The notes under the pieces are model-generated. The model searched no databases and was not told where the DNA came from. It saw nothing but the letters and a program-made list of their open reading frames with translations. A stretch of 64,000 nt of DNA from Actinomycetes bacterium. GTDB lineage: Bacteria > Actinomycetota > Actinomycetes > S36-B12. This document shows positions 57,553 to 64,000 of this stretch, one piece after another; the first letter of the stretch is position 1, and every line of letters begins with the position of its first letter. A program made the translations under genes and the position numbers. The stretch covers positions 92,826-156,825 of the forward strand of contig JAHECS010000004.1 in assembly GCA_024641635.1 (NCBI GenBank), written 5' to 3'.

Positions 57553-59072
57553 TCCCGCTGCGCAGCGTGGACCAGGTGCGCGCGGCGGAGGAGGCGGCCT
57601 TCCGGCTCGTTCCCGCCGGCGCGCTCATGCAGCGTGCCGCGCGTGCGCTCTCCATCTCGTGTGCCCGCCTGCTCATCGAGGCCCGGGGCGGCGTGGTCGG
57701 CGCCCGCGTCGTGCTCCTCGTCGGCTCCGGCAACAACGGAGGCGACGCGCTGTGGGCCGGTGCCATGCTCGCGCAGCGGGGGGCCCGGGTCGACGCCGTG
57801 TGCCTGGCCGAGCGGGTTCATGAGCAGGGTGCCGAAGCGCTGACCCGTCGCGGAGGTCGCCTTCACCGCGGCTCGACGGCGGACCCAGGGGTCACCGCAG
57901 TCGTGGCCGACGCGGATCTCGTGATCGACGGCATCCTCGGGATCGGCGGCTCCGGTGGCCTGCGACCTGACGCGGCCGCCCTTGCCTCCCTCGTCGACGC
58001 CTCTGGTGCCGTGGTCGTCGCGGTCGACGTGCCCAGCGGGGTGGACGCGGACACGGGCGTGGTGTCCGGCAGCGCCGTCGTCGCGGACGTCACGGTCACC
58101 TTCGGCGCCGTCAAACCCGGACTTGTCGTCGCACCGGGTCGGTTCCACTCGGGTGCCGTCCAGGTGGTCGACATCGGCCTGGAGTTCGACGACGAACCGG
58201 TCGCCGCGGTCCTGGACGATCTCGACGCAGCCGGCTGGGTCGTCGAGCCGGCGGACGACTCGTACAAGTACCGCCGGGGCGTCGTTGGCATCTCGGCCGG
58301 CTCGCGTCAGTACCCCGGCGCGGCACTCCTCGTGACGGCTGCCGCGCGTCACTCCAACGTGGGAATGGTCCGCTTCCTCGACCGAGCCGACGGCAACGCG
58401 GCCGCCGTGGTCTCCCACTTCCCCGACATCGTGGTCGACGGCTCGCCGCCCGCTGACCAGCACCGCGCCACCGCGTGGGGATGCGGCTCAGGCTTCCCGG
58501 GGGATCGGACCGACGACGCCACCGTGGCCGCCGTCCTCGAAGCGCCGGCGCCGGTGGTCCTCGACGCCGGGGCCCTGTCCGTCGTCGCCGAGTCTGCGGA
58601 AGCCCGCGAGCGGATCGCCGAGCGGGCGGCCGCGGGCCTGGTCACGGTGCTCACTCCCCACGACGGGGAGTTCGAGCGTCTGGCGCCCGGGCTGCTCGAG
58701 AGCTCGGCCGGACGCATGGCGGCTGCCGTCGCCGCGGCGGACAGGCTGGGCGCCGCCGTCGTCCTCAAGGGTCCGGGCACCATCGTCGCTGACCGCGACG
58801 GCGTCGTGTACGTCGATACGGAGGGGACAGCCGATCTCGGCACGGCCGGCTCTGGTGACGTGCTGACGGGGATGATCGCGGCGCTTCTCGCGGGGGCCTG
58901 GACGGACGGACGGCGTGATCCGGCGATGCTGACGGAGGCGACGGCGGCCGCCGTGTGGCTCCACGGGCGGGCGGGGCGCCTTGCCGGCGTCCACGGACCG
59001 GTGACGGCGACCGATATCGCGGCGGCAGTGCCTGCGGCCATCCGATCCGCACGGTTCGGCGACGAGCGGTGA
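57549..59072 (+). CDS. nnr: bifunctional NAD(P)H-hydrate epimerase / ADP-dependent dehydratase (Nnr, YjeF-type)
   Basis: 507 aa; YjeF_N GSGNNGGDALWAGAML; C-terminal kinase-fold GTAGSGDVLTGMIAALLA; GTGA overlap with acpS. Confidence 0.88.
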   Translation: MIPLRSVDQVRAAEEAAFRLVPAGALMQRAARALSISCARLLIEARGGVVGARVVLLVGSGNNGGDALWAGAMLAQRGARVDAVCLAERVHEQGAEALTRRGGRLHRGSTADPGVTAVVADADLVIDGILGIGGSGGLRPDAAALASLVDASGAVVVAVDVPSGVDADTGVVSGSAVVADVTVTFGAVKPGLVVAPGRFHSGAVQVVDIGLEFDDEPVAAVLDDLDAAGWVVEPADDSYKYRRGVVGISAGSRQYPGAALLVTAAARHSNVGMVRFLDRADGNAAAVVSHFPDIVVDGSPPADQHRATAWGCGSGFPGDRTDDATVAAVLEAPAPVVLDAGALSVVAESAEARERIAERAAAGLVTVLTPHDGEFERLAPGLLESSAGRMAAAVAAADRLGAAVVLKGPGTIVADRDGVVYVDTEGTADLGTAGSGDVLTGMIAALLAGAWTDGRRDPAMLTEATAAAVWLHGRAGRLAGVHGPVTATDIAAAVPAAIRSARFGDER

Positions 59073-60205
59073 GGCGCGCGGCGGCGGTCGTCGATCTTGC
59101 GGCGATCCGGGCGAACCTGGCGAGGATCACCGCGCTGGCCGGCAATGCGACCGTGATGGCCGTCGTCAAGGCGGATGCCTATGGACACGGGATGGGCCCG
59201 GTGGCGCGGACGGCTCGCCGATCGGGGATCGAATGGCTCGGTGTCGCTCTCCCGTCCGAGGCCCTTGCCCTGCGTGCTCAGGGCGACGAGGGGCGCGTGC
59301 TCGCCTGGCTGTGGGCGCCGGGCGACCCCGACATCCCGGCATGCGTGCGGTCCGACGTGGACCTCTCGGTCTCGACCGAGTGGGCCCTTGCCGAGGTCGT
59401 CGCGGCCGCTCGCCGCGTCGGGAGGAGCGCCCGCATCCACATCAAGGTGGACACGGGCCTCTCCCGCAACGGTGCCACGGCGGAGCAGCTGCCCGGCCTG
59501 CTCGTCGCAGTGCTGGATGCGCTCTCGGAGGGCGTCGTCCAGGTCGAGGGCATGTGGTCGCACCTGGCCGACGGCGACACGCCTGACGCGGCTTCTGTCA
59601 GCGAGCAGCTGGCTCGATTCCAGTCGGTGCTCGACGAGGCGGACGCGCTGGGCATCCGCCCCCGCCTTCGGCACCTGAGCAACAGCGGCGGGCTGTGGGC
59701 ACACCCGGAGTGCCGGTTCGACCTCGTGCGGACAGGCATCGCGATGTACGGACTGTCCCCGGCGCCGGGCCTGGGCACGTCAGCGGAGCTCGGGCTCACT
59801 CCCGCGATGACGCTCGTGGCCCGCCTCGCCCATCTCAAGGGCGTGGCCGCGGGTGCGAGCGTGTCCTACGGCGGCACATGGACCGCCACGAACGAGACGG
59901 CGCTCGGCCTCGTCCCCCTGGGCTACGCCGACGGCATCCCGCGGTCCGCGGGCAACCGCGGCGAGGTGGCGGTGGGAGGACAGCGTCGTCCGATCGTCGG
60001 TCGCGTGGCCATGGACCAGTTCGTCATCGACCTGGGCGCGCGCGAGCTGCCGCACGTGGGCGACGATGTGTACGTGTTCGGGCCCGGTCGGCATGGCGAG
60101 TGGACGCCGGACGAGTGGGCCGACACGCTCGACACGATCGGCTACGAGATCGTCACGCGCATCGGACCCCGTGTTGCACGGGAGTACGTGGAGGGACAGC
60201 CATGA
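59069..60205 (+). CDS. alr: alanine racemase
   Basis: GTG 59069 (GTGA overlap with nnr); PLP-lysine motif AVVKADAYGHG, later VSYGGTW and MDQFVIDLG. Confidence 0.92.
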   Translation: MRRAAAVVDLAAIRANLARITALAGNATVMAVVKADAYGHGMGPVARTARRSGIEWLGVALPSEALALRAQGDEGRVLAWLWAPGDPDIPACVRSDVDLSVSTEWALAEVVAAARRVGRSARIHIKVDTGLSRNGATAEQLPGLLVAVLDALSEGVVQVEGMWSHLADGDTPDAASVSEQLARFQSVLDEADALGIRPRLRHLSNSGGLWAHPECRFDLVRTGIAMYGLSPAPGLGTSAELGLTPAMTLVARLAHLKGVAAGASVSYGGTWTATNETALGLVPLGYADGIPRSAGNRGEVAVGGQRRPIVGRVAMDQFVIDLGARELPHVGDDVYVFGPGRHGEWTPDEWADTLDTIGYEIVTRIGPRVAREYVEGQP

Positions 60206-61296
60206 GCCCGGACGTCACGCCCGCACTGCGGATGGCCGGTCGCGGACTCCTCGCCGCCGGGGCACTGGCGGCCGGTGCGGCACTGGGCGCGGTCGCGGAG
60301 CGGTCCCTGCTCCGGGCAAGCGGCGCCCGGGAGGGCGAGGTGCCGGAGGACTTCGGGAGCCTGCGAGGTGAGGTACGGCAGATCGCGGCGGCCGACGGCA
60401 CGCTCCTGCACGTCGAGATCGACGAGCCTGACGACGCGGAGGCCGCCGACCTCACCGTCATCTTCAGCCATGGGTACGCGCTCAATCTCGACTCGTGGCA
60501 CTACCAGCGGCAGGCGATGAGGGGGCGTGCGCGGCTGGTCTTCTACGACCAGCGCAGCCACGGGCGGTCGCAGCGTGCGGAGTTCGATTCGCATCACGTC
60601 GACCAGCTCGGCCACGATCTCAGCACCGTCATCGACGCGGTGGCGCCCGACGGGCCGCTGATGCTGGTCGGCCACTCGATGGGCGGCATGACCGTCATGG
60701 CCCTGGCCGCTCATCGGCCCGAGCTCTTCCACGAGCGCGTCTACGGGGTCGCGCTCATCGCGACGACCGCTGGAGGTCTCTCGAGCGGCCCGCTCGGCCT
60801 GCCGCCCGGCGTGGGCCAGCTGTTCCACCGGGTCGCACCGCCGATGGCAGCAGCCATCGCGCGGCGACCATCCCTGGTCGAGCGAAGCCGATGGAACCAG
60901 AGCGATCTCGGACTGCTGCTCACTCGCCTGTACTCGTTCGGGTCGACGGCGACCGAGCAGGCCAGCCGGTTCGTTGCCAGCATGGTGTCCACGACGCCGA
61001 TCGACGTCGTGGCCGAGTTCCTGCCCGCGCTGCAGGAGCACGACAAGCGCGCTGTCCTCAGCGTGTTCGAGGGGGTCGAGCTGCTCGTGCTGGTCGGTGA
61101 CACCGACCGGCTGACGCCCAAGGAGCAGAGCGCCGAGATCGTCAGGCAGCTGCCCGGAGCCGAGTACGTGGTGGTCCCGGACAGCGGGCACATGGTGACG
61201 TTGGAGAAGCACGAGGAGGTCGACGCCCATCTCATCGACCTGCTGGAGCGGGTCCGGCGCGATCTGGCCCACGAGACGGCCGACGGGGTCGCGTGA
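60202..61296 (+). CDS. alpha/beta hydrolase (membrane-anchored or secreted N-terminus), unknown substrate
   Basis: ATG 60202 (ATGA overlap with alr); hydrophobic N-terminus GLLAAGALAAGAALGAV; HGY oxyanion region, nucleophile elbow GHSMGG, late DSGHM (His). Confidence 0.75.
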   Translation: MSPDVTPALRMAGRGLLAAGALAAGAALGAVAERSLLRASGAREGEVPEDFGSLRGEVRQIAAADGTLLHVEIDEPDDAEAADLTVIFSHGYALNLDSWHYQRQAMRGRARLVFYDQRSHGRSQRAEFDSHHVDQLGHDLSTVIDAVAPDGPLMLVGHSMGGMTVMALAAHRPELFHERVYGVALIATTAGGLSSGPLGLPPGVGQLFHRVAPPMAAAIARRPSLVERSRWNQSDLGLLLTRLYSFGSTATEQASRFVASMVSTTPIDVVAEFLPALQEHDKRAVLSVFEGVELLVLVGDTDRLTPKEQSAEIVRQLPGAEYVVVPDSGHMVTLEKHEEVDAHLIDLLERVRRDLAHETADGVA

Positions 61297-61787
61297 CCGC
61301 GCTGACCACCCGGAGATTCGCTGTGCCCACGGCGGCATCGATGCGCGAGCTCGGCTCAGCGGTCGGACGGGCCTGCTCGGGCGGGGACGTGATCGTGCTG
61401 ACCGGTGAGCTCGGTGCCGGGAAGACCACCTTCACCCAGGGCGTGGCGCAGGGTCTCGGCATCGACGAGGCCGTCACGAGCCCCACGTTCGTCATCGCGC
61501 GAGTGCACCGCCACGCCTCCGGTGGGCACGACCTCGTGCACGTGGACGCCTACCGGCTCGGATCGGCCCTCGAGCTCGATGACCTGGACCTCGAGGCGGA
61601 CCTCGACACCAGTGTCGTCGTGGTCGAGTGGGGAGGCGGGCTGGCCGAGCATCTGTCGCCGACCCTCCTCGACGTCGACATCGATCGCTCCGACCACGAG
61701 GATGACGAGGAGCGCACCGTGACGCTCGCTGCCCGGGGCACCGGCTGGTCCGCCCGTCTGGGCGACGATGCTGCGTGGCCCACGTGA
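61293..61787 (+). CDS. tsaE: tRNA t6A37 biosynthesis ATPase TsaE
   Basis: 164 aa; GTGA overlap with the upstream gene; P-loop GELGAGKTTFTQG, SPTFVI, HVDAYRL. Confidence 0.9.
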   Translation: MTALTTRRFAVPTAASMRELGSAVGRACSGGDVIVLTGELGAGKTTFTQGVAQGLGIDEAVTSPTFVIARVHRHASGGHDLVHVDAYRLGSALELDDLDLEADLDTSVVVVEWGGGLAEHLSPTLLDVDIDRSDHEDDEERTVTLAARGTGWSARLGDDAAWPT

Positions 61788-62428
61788 TCCTGGGCATCGA
61801 CACGTCGAGCGCGCTCACCTCGGTGGCGGTGGTGGACGGTGATCTGGTGGTGGCAGAAGGCGGCCACCTCGACCCTCGCCGTCACGCCGAGGTGATCGGT
61901 CCGCTGCTGGCGGACGTCGTGGGCCGGATCGATCGCGGCGATGTCACATCCGTCGCCTGCGGCGTGGGCCCCGGCCCGTACACCGGCCTGCGGGTGGGGA
62001 TCGCCTCCGCGCTCGCCCTCGGGGCCGCCTGGGGGGTGCCGGTGCTCGGCGTCTGCTCCCTCGATGCGGTGGCCGCAGCCGAGCTGGCGGAGCACCCGGG
62101 GTCGCCGGTCACCGTGGCAGTCGATGCGCGTCGCTCCGAGGTCTACTGGGCGCGATACGACGGGAGCGGCCTGCGTGTCGAAGGGCCCCGCGTGGGTCCG
62201 GCAGATGGCGTGCCGGCTGACGTGGTCGGCCGGCATCCGACCGGTGCCTGGGTCGCCTGGCGCGTGCAGGCCTTGCTCGCCGCGGGCGCCGTTCCGCCCT
62301 CGGGGGAGGTCCCGCTCGACGCTCATGGTGAGGACAGCGGCGCGACGGCGAACGCCCTTGCCGGTGCCACCCTGCTGCCTCCGCGTCCGCTGTACCTGCG
62401 GCGCCCTGATGCGGTGGCGAGCTCATGA
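61775..62428 (+). CDS. tsaB: tRNA t6A37 biosynthesis protein TsaB
   Basis: 217 aa; ILGIDTSSALTSVAVV, GVGPGPYTGLRVGIA; 13-nt overlap with tsaE. Confidence 0.88.
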   Translation: MAHVILGIDTSSALTSVAVVDGDLVVAEGGHLDPRRHAEVIGPLLADVVGRIDRGDVTSVACGVGPGPYTGLRVGIASALALGAAWGVPVLGVCSLDAVAAAELAEHPGSPVTVAVDARRSEVYWARYDGSGLRVEGPRVGPADGVPADVVGRHPTGAWVAWRVQALLAAGAVPPSGEVPLDAHGEDSGATANALAGATLLPPRPLYLRRPDAVASS

Positions 62429-62438
62429 GCGGCGTCGC

Positions 62439-62933
62439 ATGGGCGAACGAGGTGGCCTCGTGAACGTCGTGGTCGAGCCGATGCGCTGGTGGGACGTGGA
62501 CGCGGTGCACGACCTTGAGTGCGACCTGTTCCCGTCGGACGCGTGGTCCGCGGAGCAGTTCTGGCAGGAGCTGGCCCAGCCGACCCGGCGCTACCTGGTC
62601 GCCCGCGAGGGCGCCGCGATCGTCGGCTACGCGGGCGTGTTCGTGATGGCCCCGGACGCAGACGTCCAGACGGTCGGGGTCCGCCCGGACCGTCAAGGTC
62701 ACGGGATCGCCGGCGCTCTTCTCTCGACGCTCATCGAGGCCGCGGAGGCCGGGGGCGTCACCCACACCATGCTGGAGGTGCGAGCGGACAACCAGGCTGC
62801 CCACGCCCTGTACGAGCGGCTCGGCTTCGAGCGGATCAGTGCGCGGCAGCGGTACTACCCGGACGGGGGCGACGCGATCGTCATGCGCCGCGCCCGGTCG
62901 TCGGCCGAGCGGCTGGTCGGCCATGACGACTGA
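62439..62933 (+). CDS. rimI: ribosomal-protein-alanine N-acetyltransferase (GNAT)
   Basis: ATG 62439 (GTG 62460 alternative); acetyl-CoA motif [29 protein letters not shown]. Confidence 0.85.
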   Translation: MGERGGLVNVVVEPMRWWDVDAVHDLECDLFPSDAWSAEQFWQELAQPTRRYLVAREGAAIVGYAGVFVMAPDADVQTVGVRPDRQGHGIAGALLSTLIEAAEAGGVTHTMLEVRADNQAAHALYERLGFERISARQRYYPDGGDAIVMRRARSSAERLVGHDD

Positions 62934-63972
62934 CGCCCCCGTCGTGCTGGGCATCGAGACCTCGTGCGACGAGACCGGTATCGGCATCGTGCGCGGGCAC
63001 GAGCTGCTGGCGAACGAGATCGCGTCCAGTGTCGACGAGCACGCCAGGTTCGGCGGCGTCGTGCCCGAGGTCGCCAGCCGCGCGCACCTGGAGGCGATCG
63101 AGCCGGCCCTCGGGCGGGCCTGCGCCACCGCGGGGATGCGTCTCGACGATGTCGACGCCATCGCCGTGACCGCCGGTCCGGGTCTTGTCGGAGCGCTCCT
63201 GGTCGGGGTGGCGACGGCGAAGGCCCTGTCCGTCGCCCTCGGGGTCCCTGTGTACGGGGTCAACCACCTCGCCAGCCATGTCGTCGTGGACGAGTTGCAG
63301 CACGGCCCGCTGCCCGATCCCACGGTCGGGCTGCTGGTCTCCGGCGGGCATTCGTCGCTGCTGCTCGTTGCCGATGACGTCTCCACCATCACGCCGCTCG
63401 GCCAGACGCTGGACGACGCTGCGGGGGAGGCCTTCGACAAGGTGGCGCGGCTGCTCGGCCTGCCCTTCCCGGGTGGGCCATGGATCGACCGCATCGCACG
63501 CGAGGGGGATCCGCGTGCGATCGCCTTCCCGCGCGGCCTGAGCGGCCCCGGCGACCGGGATCGCTATCCCTACGACTTCAGCTTCTCCGGCCTGAAGACC
63601 GCGGTCGCCCGCTGGGTCCGTGCCAAGGAGGCCGCGGGGGAGCCGGTCCCGGTCGCCGATGTCGCGGCCTCCGTGCAGGAGGCGATCGTGGACGTGCTCA
63701 CCGCGCGGCTCGTCGCGGCCTGCGTGGAGAAGGGCGTTGGGACGGCTGTCATCGGCGGGGGAGTGGCCGCCAACTCGAGGCTGCGCACCATGGCTGAGGA
63801 GCGGTGTGCGGCCGCCGGTATCTCGCTGCGGGTGCCCCGGCCGGACCTGTGCACCGACAACGGGGCCATGGTGGCCGCGCTCGGATCCCGCCTCGTGCGC
63901 GACGGCGTGCCGCCGTCGCCGCTGGATTTCGTCACGACGTCGAACCTGCCGGTGACCCGCCGGTCCTGGTGA
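62923..63972 (+). CDS. tsaD: tRNA N6-adenosine threonylcarbamoyltransferase TsaD
   Basis: ATG 62923 (11-nt overlap with rimI); [36 protein letters not shown]. Confidence 0.93.
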   Translation: MTTDAPVVLGIETSCDETGIGIVRGHELLANEIASSVDEHARFGGVVPEVASRAHLEAIEPALGRACATAGMRLDDVDAIAVTAGPGLVGALLVGVATAKALSVALGVPVYGVNHLASHVVVDELQHGPLPDPTVGLLVSGGHSSLLLVADDVSTITPLGQTLDDAAGEAFDKVARLLGLPFPGGPWIDRIAREGDPRAIAFPRGLSGPGDRDRYPYDFSFSGLKTAVARWVRAKEAAGEPVPVADVAASVQEAIVDVLTARLVAACVEKGVGTAVIGGGVAANSRLRTMAEERCAAAGISLRVPRPDLCTDNGAMVAALGSRLVRDGVPPSPLDFVTTSNLPVTRRSW

Positions 63973-64000
63973 GCCCAGCCGCTCCACGGGCTCCTGAGGG

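Overview
GC-rich actinobacterial chromosome segment (Actinomycetota; gene order and protein sequences look Micrococcales-like, which is inference only). It is dominated by the conserved translation/transcription supercluster. In order: tRNA-Thr, tRNA-Met, rpmG, a HadA/HadB-like MaoC dehydratase pair, murB, an AspC-like aminotransferase (minus strand), tRNA-Trp, secE, nusG, rplK, rplA. Then rplJ, rplL, rpoB, rpoC, followed by rpsL, rpsG, fusA, tuf and the complete S10/spc/alpha operons (rpsJ through rplQ, including secY, adk, map, infA, rpmJ). Then truA, rplM, rpsI, glmM, glmS, acpS, nnr, alr and the t6A genes tsaE, tsaB, rimI, tsaD. I saw no rRNA, CRISPR array, transposase, integrase or phage gene. 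Accessory cargo sits in four gaps of this backbone. (1) rplA/rplJ: a livGFHM-K type ABC importer plus a translationally coupled secreted alpha/beta hydrolase. (2) rplL/rpoB: a marR-MFS efflux operon. (3) rpoC/rpsL: a secreted tandem-repeat protein, an ion-channel-like membrane protein with a non-canonical pore motif, and a coupled Pro-rich DUF4190 protein. (4) truA/rplM: an ABC-F ATPase. I do not see a clear-cut new multi-gene system. The most unusual items are: perfect in-frame DNA tandem repeats inside livM and the secreted protein; an acidic repeat tail on ribosomal protein uL10; a truA gene whose conserved N-terminus lies upstream of any ATG/GTG/TTG; the atypical channel/DUF4190 pair; and a direct-repeat motif array upstream of the repeat-protein gene. 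The very long minus-strand ORFs antisense to liv, rpoB, rpoC and glmM are high-GC artefacts. All family calls come from reading the translated ORFs and motifs by eye; no database search was run.
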